Below are positions 9,506 through 17,157 of a DNA stretch of 64,000 bases, one piece after another. This DNA is from Minisyncoccota bacterium (GTDB taxonomy: Bacteria > Patescibacteriota > Minisyncoccia > Phycocordibacterales > CAJBRS01), in the NCBI GenBank assembly GCA_017881075.1, contig JADGRH010000003.1, positions 64,682-128,681 on the forward strand, written 5' to 3'. The position numbers were made by a program, and so were the translations under genes. Under the pieces are notes generated by a model. It made no database searches and had not been told where the DNA came from. It saw nothing but the letters and a program-made list of their open reading frames with translations. Numbering within the stretch: position 1 is the first letter of the stretch; every line of letters starts with the position of its first letter.

Positions 9506-9856
9506 AGAATAGCGCTTCAATTCAAGAAGAGTGACGATGAGAGACACCAACAAGTCCGGATGCGCGCCATGTGTGCATCCAAAATCTCTAATCATTGCCT
9601 GACGGATCTCCGAACTCTCGTCCACGATCACTATTGGTCCATTAGAATGGGCAGGGAGACTCTTGAGGAGTGGGCCCGTATTGAATGTCTTGGAGCCAAC
9701 GCAGGTCTCTACCGCCACGAGGTCATAACGGTCTTGATTGGAAACCGCATAACTTACGTCATAGGCGTAGCTTGCGTTGACTGCGTATTCATCCAGTCTA
9801 TTCCGCCAATCGGACAGATGGTCATTGTTAGTAGACACAATTAGGATAAACTTCAT
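9503..9856 (-). CDS. receiver-fold paralog with degenerate phospho-acceptor site
   Basis: MKFILIVSTNND .. YDLVAVETCVGSKTFNTG; 117 aa; paralog of 7736..8089. Confidence 0.55.
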   Translation of the reverse strand: MKFILIVSTNNDHLSDWRNRLDEYAVNASYAYDVSYAVSNQDRYDLVAVETCVGSKTFNTGPLLKSLPAHSNGPIVIVDESSEIRQAMIRDFGCTHGAHPDLLVSLIVTLLELKRYS

Positions 9857-9954
9857 ATTTCTATTTCCGATACTACATCAAATATCCCAAAAATCAATTT
9901 TTCCTGGACACCCCTTGAAATTGAAGAAAAAACAAAATCGGGTAGTATTACCTC

Positions 9955-10353
9955 ATGAACATACCAGCTTGGTATTCACAATTAATTAAACCTTCTTGGG
10001 CGCCACCATCGTGGCTCTTCGGGCCGGTATGGACATTTCTGTATGTCTTGATCGCCATTTCATTTGGCAAAGTATTTTTGATGGCATGGAAGAAAGAGAT
10101 TGCCCTCATGGTGGCCTTGCCGTTTTTACTCAATCTAATATTCAACTTCGCTTTCACACCCCTCCAATTTGTCCTCAAAAGCAACCTCCTCGCCGCCCTC
10201 GACATCCTTCTAGTTCTCGGCACTCTCATCTGGGCCATGCTGGCTATCTATCCCTATGCCAGATGGATCGCCTATATCCAAGTCCCATACCTCCTCTGGG
10301 TCCTCTTCGCCACCATTCTCCAATTAACGATTACGTATCTCAATCTAAATTAA
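9955..10353 (+). CDS. tspO: TspO/MBR family tryptophan-rich sensory protein
   Basis: KPSWAPPSWLFGPVWTFLY signature plus further TM helices; 132 aa (slightly short, so the N-terminus may be truncated or extended). Confidence 0.75.
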   Translation: MNIPAWYSQLIKPSWAPPSWLFGPVWTFLYVLIAISFGKVFLMAWKKEIALMVALPFLLNLIFNFAFTPLQFVLKSNLLAALDILLVLGTLIWAMLAIYPYARWIAYIQVPYLLWVLFATILQLTITYLNLN

Positions 10354-10390
10354 ACCTGAACAAAAATTGAAGATTTAATGAATTTGTGGG

Positions 10391-10750
10391 ATGATTTTTA
10401 ATATGACTAAGATTGAGGATCTGATTACAAGAGTGACTGCATTTAGAGATGATAGAGACTGGAAACAGTTCCATAATCCCAAAGATAATGCTATCGGATT
10501 AGTTCTGGAAGCCTCGGAGGTTTTAGAGCTATTCCAGTGGAAAAATAAAGAAGAAATTGACAAGTATATAAAATCACATAGCGAAAATATTTCTGACGAA
10601 CTAGCGGATGTTATGTATTGGGTTTTATTAATGTCACATGACTTGAATATTGATATCGGAAAGGCTATAGAAAAGAAACTTAAGAAAACAGAAGAAAAAT
10701 ACCCTATAGAAAAATCCAAAGGTAATCATAAGAAGTACACAGAACTTTAA
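10391..10750 (+). CDS. MazG-like nucleotide pyrophosphohydrolase
   Basis: DWKQFHNPKDNAIGLVLEASEVLELFQW followed by ELADVMYW .. L: MazG/NTP-PPase EExxE-type helix pair; 119 aa. Confidence 0.7.
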   Translation: MIFNMTKIEDLITRVTAFRDDRDWKQFHNPKDNAIGLVLEASEVLELFQWKNKEEIDKYIKSHSENISDELADVMYWVLLMSHDLNIDIGKAIEKKLKKTEEKYPIEKSKGNHKKYTEL

Positions 10751-10754
10751 TCTT

Positions 10755-12608
10755 ATGATTCTATATAAAAATAATCTAAAGGATTTTAAAATTCACGTTG
10801 ATACTAATCAGATCGGGGATTTAATCGAGAAATCTTTTAGAGAAAAATTAGGGCACAAAGTTGCTCCAAATGAAAAAAGGTCATGGACTAATTCTATGTC
10901 GTTTATGGAGAAAATAGTCAGAAGGGCTGATCTTTCGGATACTTGCGGAGTTATGTTGGAATATATTATTCCAAACACTTCTAACAGAATCGACTTTTTA
11001 ATTTCCGGGGAAGACGAGAAAGGGAACAAGAATTTTATAATTATTGAATTGAAACAATGGGAAACATCAGAATCTACTGATAGAGATGGTGTAGTAAGGA
11101 CTTTTGTGGGAGGAGGAGTACGCGAAACTACGCACCCATCTTACCAGGCCCATTCCTATAAATTGTTTTTAAGTGACTACAATGAAAATATTGATTCTGG
11201 CATTCTTTCACCATACGCTTGCGCGTATCTGCATAATTATAAAGAGCGGAGTCCGGAGCCTCTAAAGGCTCAAATATATGAATCTGTTATTAAGGTAGCG
11301 CCAGTTTATTTTAAGGACGATTATGAAAAATTGGAGCAGTTTTTGCATAATTATGTTAGGTTCGGAAAAGGAGAAGAAATCTTGTATCAAATTGAAGCCG
11401 GCAGAATAAAACCTAGCAAAAAACTTATTGAGCATATTCAAAAAATGTATGAAGGAAACCAGGAATTTATATTACTGGATGAGCAAAAGGTGGCATATGA
11501 GACAGCTCGATCTGTAGCAAAGAAAGTTAAAGAAAAATCTGTCGTAATTATAAAAGGTGGTCCAGGGACGGGTAAATCTGTAATCTCAATGAATTTATTG
11601 GGAAGCCTATTAAAGGATGAACTTAATGTAAACTTTATTGCCCCTAACTCTGCCTTTAGAGAAGTAATGATTCATAGATTAGCAAGGAAGGAGACTAAAT
11701 TAAGGTTAAAAAACTTGTTTAAAGGCTCTGCTGGTTTTGTAAATGCCAAGAAAGACACATTTGATACTTTAATAGTGGATGAAGCACATAGATTAAAGAA
11801 AAAAGGTGCTTATCAATACAAGGGGATAAATCAGATAGAAGATATCGTTAATTCTGCTAGAACGTCTATCTTTTTTGTCGATGATAATCAGATGATTCGT
11901 CCAGACGATATAGGTTCAGTTCAGGAGATTAAAAGAGTGGCTGATAAAAATAAGGCAAGAATTTATGAAATAGAATTAGTCGCCCAATTTAGGTGTGCTG
12001 GGGCAGAAGGTTATCTTAATTGGCTCGACAATACATTACAGATTAAAGAGACAGCGAATTTTGATGGATGGGAGCAAAAAGATTTTGAGTTTAAGATTTT
12101 TAATGATCCTAACGACTTAAGGAAAATGATAAAAGAAAAGCATGATAAAGGATTTAATGCTCGAATTCTTGCTGGCTATGCTTGGAAGTGGACAAGTGTA
12201 GGGGAGGGCAATAAAAGTGGAGAAGTTGAAGATGTCTTAATCCCCGAATTCGATTTCAAAATGCCGTGGAATGCTCGACAAATTGGAACAACTTGGGCGG
12301 TTGATCCAAAAGGTATTGATCAGGCAGGATGCATTCATACTTCACAAGGTCTGGAATTTGACTACGTTGGAGTTTTGGTAGGCAATGATTTACGTTTTGA
12401 TTCCAAAAAACTTGACTACCATGCTCACTGGGTATCCTACAAAGATACGACGGGGAAAAAAGGGCTGAAAAATAACCCGGAAGAATTAACTAAATTAGTA
12501 AAAAATATCTACAAGGTTCTTATGAGCAGGGGTATGAAGGGATGCTATGTTTATTTTACTGACAAAGAAATGGAGAGATATTTTAAATCACGCTTAGGTA
12601 TCAAATAA
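10755..12608 (+). CDS. nuclease-helicase: N-terminal PD-(D/E)xK-like fold + P-loop SF1-like NTPase + DUF2075-type C-terminal region (Schlafen-helicase / Nhi-like architecture)
   Basis: N-term RIDFLI .. IIELKQWE (D .. ExK); Walker A VVIIKGGPGTGKSVIS; Walker B/DEAH LIVDEAHRL; 4-nt gap after the MazG-like gene (operon). Confidence 0.65.
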   Translation: MILYKNNLKDFKIHVDTNQIGDLIEKSFREKLGHKVAPNEKRSWTNSMSFMEKIVRRADLSDTCGVMLEYIIPNTSNRIDFLISGEDEKGNKNFIIIELKQWETSESTDRDGVVRTFVGGGVRETTHPSYQAHSYKLFLSDYNENIDSGILSPYACAYLHNYKERSPEPLKAQIYESVIKVAPVYFKDDYEKLEQFLHNYVRFGKGEEILYQIEAGRIKPSKKLIEHIQKMYEGNQEFILLDEQKVAYETARSVAKKVKEKSVVIIKGGPGTGKSVISMNLLGSLLKDELNVNFIAPNSAFREVMIHRLARKETKLRLKNLFKGSAGFVNAKKDTFDTLIVDEAHRLKKKGAYQYKGINQIEDIVNSARTSIFFVDDNQMIRPDDIGSVQEIKRVADKNKARIYEIELVAQFRCAGAEGYLNWLDNTLQIKETANFDGWEQKDFEFKIFNDPNDLRKMIKEKHDKGFNARILAGYAWKWTSVGEGNKSGEVEDVLIPEFDFKMPWNARQIGTTWAVDPKGIDQAGCIHTSQGLEFDYVGVLVGNDLRFDSKKLDYHAHWVSYKDTTGKKGLKNNPEELTKLVKNIYKVLMSRGMKGCYVYFTDKEMERYFKSRLGIK

Positions 12609-12658
12609 TTTATCTTTATTTTAGCGTTGCTTCATGATACACATGGTAGGTTGTCGTC

Positions 12659-12820
12659 ATGAAGAAACAAAAGATCAAAGATAGTGACAACGCCTATTTA
12701 ATAAGCAGTAACAACTATGAAGACGATAATTGCCCCATCTGCAATCTAATGAGGCGATGTGAAATAGAGGAAAGAGAACCCACCTCACAAGAGATTAAAG
12801 AGGTGATGAAATTTAAATGA
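12659..12820 (+). CDS. small CxxC zinc-ribbon-like protein (53 aa), speculative
   Basis: MKKQKIK .. CPICNLMRRC ..; not in the ORF track (under 60 aa); AT-rich. Confidence 0.25.
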   Translation: MKKQKIKDSDNAYLISSNNYEDDNCPICNLMRRCEIEEREPTSQEIKEVMKFK

Positions 12821-12910
12821 TCCTATTTATGCACGGCCTTTATCTAAAAAATGGCCAATGGACCAAAGAGAGAGCAGTAAAAATATCTGCGTATCATTTC
12901 ACTTATGGAT

Positions 12911-12932
12911 AATCCGGCCTGCTCTGCCACGC
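12911..12932. repeat. left arm of 22-bp terminal inverted repeat AATCCGGCCTGCTCTGCCACGC
   Basis: revcomp matches 13320..13342 at 21/22; shares the AATCCGGCC core with the three cassette terminators. Confidence 0.6.
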
Positions 12933-13319
12933 TTGTATTGCCCTCTACTTTTTTTATGGCATACTTAAAAAAGAAATCCATGACAGACCTAATCTGATCT
13001 TTAAATATAAACCCTATTTTGCAGGTATGAAGAGACAATAAAGCATCGATTAAAAAATAATATGACCAATAAATATAGCAATAATCTTGTTACATAGAAT
13101 TTCAAATTTACTTAAAATATGGCTCTAATCAAGAACTAATTAAGATATGCACAGCTTATCCACTGGTAAGCTATTTACAAAACTGCTAGATTATGATACA
13201 TTAAGAGAGGAATATTTCTTTTTCCCCTCTTGCTGATTATAATAAGCTTTTCTTTCATAATAGGAAAAATAATATTAGCTAAATACTTGACTCCAAAAAT
13301 TTTGGAGAGTATTATGCAA

Positions 13320-13342
13320 GCGCGGCAGAGCAGGCCGGATTA
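13320..13342. repeat. right arm of the 22-bp inverted repeat GCGCGGCAGAGCAGGCCGGATTA
   Basis: see 12911..12932; arms flank ~390 bp of AT-rich non-coding DNA. Confidence 0.6.
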
Positions 13343-13359
13343 TCAATAAATTAAATTAT

Positions 13360-13761
13360 ATGACCAACGACAAATCTTTTTTGGAGGATCTCTATACTGA
13401 CAGTGGGGGATTCGACCGCGAACGGGTAGTGCGGGTGCTCCAAACCATACTAACCATTCAGCGGGGCGACCATAAAGTCTTCTTTAAAAAAGAGGCAACA
13501 CTAGAAGCTGCGGACAAAATTTTGGCTTATGCGTTAGTAAAAAAGCTTTTAAAGACAGAGGGGGTAACTGAAACGAGTAGTGTCTCGGGAAAGGAACTGA
13601 AGAAGCAAACGGGTGTAAAGTCCGGGACGGTCGATTTTACAATTAAAAAACTTAAAGAGGAAGATGGTCTGCTTGTTGGCAGCGGTAGCAATTATGAAAT
13701 ACCAGCACACAAAGTTGAAGACATCTTAGAGCGTCTTGAAAAATGCGCTTCCAAAAAATAA
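13360..13761 (+). CDS. hypothetical protein with C-terminal winged-HTH-like motif
   Basis: SVSGKELKKQTGVKSGTVDFTIKKLKEEDGLLVG resembles a wHTH recognition helix/wing; first gene of a tight 4-gene operon. Confidence 0.4.
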   Translation: MTNDKSFLEDLYTDSGGFDRERVVRVLQTILTIQRGDHKVFFKKEATLEAADKILAYALVKKLLKTEGVTETSSVSGKELKKQTGVKSGTVDFTIKKLKEEDGLLVGSGSNYEIPAHKVEDILERLEKCASKK

Positions 13762-14206
13762 ATCTATGGAAAATAACATAAAAAAAATACTCGGAGAAAT
13801 ACTCACATCCATAAAGAGCCTTGAAAAACGAGTTACTCTCATAGAAAGCAAGACACCGAGCATGAGTACACCATCACATGATCTTCCCATTGCCTCGAAG
13901 AAGATGTCGATAAAGGAGTTCCTAATTGATCGCTCTCCAGCAAATGGAGTACAAACAACTCTCGCGGTCGCATATTATCTAGAAAAATATGACAAGATCT
14001 CGCCATTTAATGCCAGTGACATAGAGAAAGCATTTCGTTCCGCTAAGGAACCAGTGCCCAACAATATCAATGATAAAGCAAATATGTGTATTAAAAATGG
14101 TCATTTAATGGAAGGAGAGGATAAGAAAGACAATATGAAAGCGTGGGTAGTCACTCGAAGCGGAGAACAATACGTTCAGGAAAAATTTGATCGTTATAGT
14201 CATTAA
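13736..14206 (+). CDS. hypothetical protein; C-terminal domain shared with the next gene
   Basis: 26-nt overlap with the upstream gene; C-terminal pattern (hydrophobic stretch .. SPFNASD .. K.G .. KAWVVTRSGEQY) parallels 14236..14784. Confidence 0.4.
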   Translation: MKNALPKNKSMENNIKKILGEILTSIKSLEKRVTLIESKTPSMSTPSHDLPIASKKMSIKEFLIDRSPANGVQTTLAVAYYLEKYDKISPFNASDIEKAFRSAKEPVPNNINDKANMCIKNGHLMEGEDKKDNMKAWVVTRSGEQYVQEKFDRYSH

Positions 14207-14235
14207 AAATAAAATTATTCACTAATATAAATATT

Positions 14236-14784
14236 ATGTCTGAAGCAGAAATAGTAGAAATCGTAGGGAAAATTGTTACTGCACTCACTCCTCTTTCTCA
14301 TGAGGAACGACAGAGGGCGGTGCAAGCGTCTTTAAATGTATTTGGTGAATCCATGCTCAGGTCTACACAAAGAAAAGACGAACTCAATGAAATTCCCTCT
14401 GCATTTAGTGAACGCGCGCGGATATGGATTAAACAGAACGAGCTTTCTTTGGAAAATTTAGAACAAATTTTTCATATTACTGATACTGGAGCAGAATTGA
14501 TTATTCAAGAAGTGCCGGGAGGAAAGGATAACAAACCCAGGGTGCTAAATGTGTATGTTCTTTCTGGCGTAGCTTCCCTACTCACCTCAGAAAATTCTAA
14601 TTTCGACGACAAAGTTGCAAGAACCATATGTGAATCATTTGGATGTTACGATCCAACAAATCACACTAAATACCTAAAGAAAAGTAAATTCTTTACAGGA
14701 TCCAAAAAAACAGGATGGACCTTGACTGCTCAGGGTTTAAAACATGCAGCCATGTTAGTTAGAGAACTGAGTAAGCCCCAATAG
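14236..14784 (+). CDS. hypothetical protein; C-terminal domain paralogous to the previous gene
   Basis: C-terminal .. VYVLSGVASLL .. NFDDKVARTI .. TGWTLTAQGLKHAA aligns with the preceding protein's tail. Confidence 0.4.
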   Translation: MSEAEIVEIVGKIVTALTPLSHEERQRAVQASLNVFGESMLRSTQRKDELNEIPSAFSERARIWIKQNELSLENLEQIFHITDTGAELIIQEVPGGKDNKPRVLNVYVLSGVASLLTSENSNFDDKVARTICESFGCYDPTNHTKYLKKSKFFTGSKKTGWTLTAQGLKHAAMLVRELSKPQ

Positions 14785-14786
14785 AT

Positions 14787-15527
14787 ATGATTTTCACATT
14801 TAAAAATATTCCGATCAATCTTTCTGAAAAATTGGTTGAGGAATACTTGGAAATAAAGAAACGCCATTCAATGAGTGATTGGGGCCCAAGTCAATTAAAA
14901 GGCGGTAGATTTGCAGAAGCTATGTTACGCATTTTCCAACATTTGCTCGGTATTTCTATTACACCATTTGGGACCAACATTCCAAACAAAGACCGTATTT
15001 TAAATGCTGTAAAAATTCACCCGTCATTGGATGACCACATTCGTCAAAAAGTAGCACCTCTTATAAGACTTCTTCTAGATTTTCGTAATAATCGAGATGT
15101 AGCACACCTCGGAGGATTCAATGCAAATAGCATGGATACTCTTTTTGTGATGACAACAGCGACATGGATTTTGTGTGAACTGATCCGTGTTTATGGAGGG
15201 CAAAGTATGGACACCGCTCAAAAACTAGTAGACTCACTTTCCGTTAAAGAGTATCCAGTGCTAATGGAGTTCGAAGGAGAGCTCTTTATTACTCGACACA
15301 ATCTCAACGCAGAACAAGAAGTGCTAATATTTTTGTATAAAAATCGTAAAGCAGGCTACAATTTTTTGTCTTCAAAGACAAAGGACAGCAATTCTTCACG
15401 TTTTAAGAAAATTTTAGAGAAAATGGTTGCGGTAAAGTTCATTGGCAGCAAGGCAAATCAGTACTTTATCATGCCTCGTGGAATCGAGCGTGTAGAAAAA
15501 GAACGCTTATTGATCTATTCAAACTAG
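14787..15527 (+). CDS. hypothetical protein with HEPN-like R-x6-H motif (RNNRDVAH), candidate RNase
   Basis: 3-nt gap from the previous gene; motif LLLDFRNNRDVAHLGGF fits the HEPN Rx4-6H signature within a predicted helical context; inference only. Confidence 0.35.
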   Translation: MIFTFKNIPINLSEKLVEEYLEIKKRHSMSDWGPSQLKGGRFAEAMLRIFQHLLGISITPFGTNIPNKDRILNAVKIHPSLDDHIRQKVAPLIRLLLDFRNNRDVAHLGGFNANSMDTLFVMTTATWILCELIRVYGGQSMDTAQKLVDSLSVKEYPVLMEFEGELFITRHNLNAEQEVLIFLYKNRKAGYNFLSSKTKDSNSSRFKKILEKMVAVKFIGSKANQYFIMPRGIERVEKERLLIYSN

Positions 15528-15612
15528 GAATCAACAAGGCCAAGGCTGTTTTTTATATCTATTTCATCTTTTCTTCATAAATTTTTCATATTTAAAATGT
15601 TATGATGTGTGA

Positions 15613-16083
15613 ATGCAAAAGGACTTTACCTTTCAATTAATAAAGGGAAAAATCAGCGAAACTATATTTGATCAGATGTTTCGAGAAGCAGGGGAGTTTA
15701 CAGTTATCCCCTTTGGTTATGAAGCTTTAGTCCCGGAAATTGCTCAGCTTGCTCGTTCATTAGAACGCAAGGAAGTTCTGGACTCAATTAGGAATAGTCC
15801 TGATTTTGCACTGGTCTCTCATAGTCAGAAAAAGGTATTTCTAGTTGAAGTGAAATATAGGTCGCATTTACACGAAGATGACGTGTTAAATATTGCTCAG
15901 ATGGTTCACGACAGATGGAAACTAGCGTGGTTGTTCATTGCTACTCCGGAAGGATTCTATTTTGATAGTTGCTCGGATGTCTTAAATACTAAGACCATTA
16001 ATAAACTTAAACCAACATGGATCAATGCCGAACTCCAGGAAAAGTATTTAGCAGTAATGAATAAGTTTCAAGTTAACCATTAA
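15613..16083 (+). CDS. PD-(D/E)xK restriction-endonuclease-fold protein
   Basis: E(A)L .. PDFALVSH .. VFLVEVKYR = canonical E .. PD .. (D/E)xK arrangement; 156 aa. Confidence 0.5.
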   Translation: MQKDFTFQLIKGKISETIFDQMFREAGEFTVIPFGYEALVPEIAQLARSLERKEVLDSIRNSPDFALVSHSQKKVFLVEVKYRSHLHEDDVLNIAQMVHDRWKLAWLFIATPEGFYFDSCSDVLNTKTINKLKPTWINAELQEKYLAVMNKFQVNH

Positions 16084-16102
16084 GTAGAGGTAAGAATTTC
16101 TT

Positions 16103-16861
16103 ATGTTCTCAGATCCAATCATTGAAAATTTAAAGTATTACGTTTATATACTTGTTGATCCGAGCAATAATAAGCCTTTTTATATTGGAAAAGGAATAGG
16201 AAATAGGGTTTTTTCCCATCTAAAAAATGAAATTGAAGACGAGTCTAAGATTTCATTAAAACAAGCGCTTATTAAAAATATTCAGGATCAAGGGAAAGAT
16301 GTTGAGATATACATAGTACGACACGGTTTAAATGAGAAGGAGGCATTTGAGATTGAGGCGACACTTATTGATTTTATCCAACTTAGAAATCTTACTAATG
16401 AAATAGTAGAGCACGACTATAAGGAAGAAATACCAGCTAAAAATCTGGCTAATATTGTTTTAGGACATCATGCGGGAGAAAGGGGGCTTATGACGCTAAA
16501 TGAAATACTCCAGTTGTATGGTGCAGAAGAGGCTAATATTACCGACCCAGTAATAATAATTAATATAAATCGAAAATATAAACGGGGCATGAGTCCGAAT
16601 GAAATATATGAAGCAACTCGAGCATCTTGGGTCATAAGCAAAGATAGGTCACAGAAAGCTAAATTTGTTCTCGCATCATTTCGTGGAATAGTAAAAGAAG
16701 TTTTCTATGTTAATCATTGGCAACAATCTAAGAATTCAAACCGCTTAGAATTTGAAGGAGGTGTTGCTCAGTTAGAGATTGCTGAAAAATATAGAAACAA
16801 AGCTATAACTAATTATTTGAAGACGGGGGCACAAAACCCAATTAGATACGTAAATTGTTAG
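16103..16861 (+). CDS. GIY-YIG nuclease domain protein with ~150-aa C-terminal extension
   Basis: YYVYILVDPSNNKPFYIGKGIGNRVFSH .. E (GIY/YIG with Arg, His and Glu); 20-nt gap after the PD-(D/E)xK gene. Confidence 0.6.
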   Translation: MFSDPIIENLKYYVYILVDPSNNKPFYIGKGIGNRVFSHLKNEIEDESKISLKQALIKNIQDQGKDVEIYIVRHGLNEKEAFEIEATLIDFIQLRNLTNEIVEHDYKEEIPAKNLANIVLGHHAGERGLMTLNEILQLYGAEEANITDPVIIININRKYKRGMSPNEIYEATRASWVISKDRSQKAKFVLASFRGIVKEVFYVNHWQQSKNSNRLEFEGGVAQLEIAEKYRNKAITNYLKTGAQNPIRYVNC

Positions 16862-16963
16862 ATTAAATTGTACTATTCTCATGCCAGATGAATTGGAAAA
16901 TCAGGAATTAAAGGGGTCAGAAGTCATTTTTATATTAAATTTTATCTTTCTGTTGTATTAATC

Positions 16964-17107
16964 ATGGACTCCGATGAAATCTTAGAATTAGTTAAAGATG
17001 GCGTGATAGAGCCGGATCAGGTGGAAGATTTTCAGAATTTGGATGAGGAGATCCAGCAAATGGTGGCGGATGGGGATTTGGATGCAGATGAGGCGTTGAG
17101 TTTATAA
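16964..17107 (+). CDS. 47-aa highly acidic small protein (MDSDEILELVKDGVIEPDQVEDFQNLDEEIQQMVADGDLDADEALSL)
   Basis: not in the ORF track (under 60 aa); strongly acidic; sits between the GIY-YIG and NYN genes. Confidence 0.3.
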   Translation: MDSDEILELVKDGVIEPDQVEDFQNLDEEIQQMVADGDLDADEALSL

Positions 17108-17157
17108 ATTTATCTTTTCTTGACGGGGAATTCATCTGCAAGTTCTATTCTATATGA

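Noticed and set aside
6317-9954. Integron hypothesis for the cassette array
   Set aside because: No tyrosine-recombinase/IntI gene, no attI, and the hairpins lack the GTTRRRY attC core. Cassette gene orientations are mixed.
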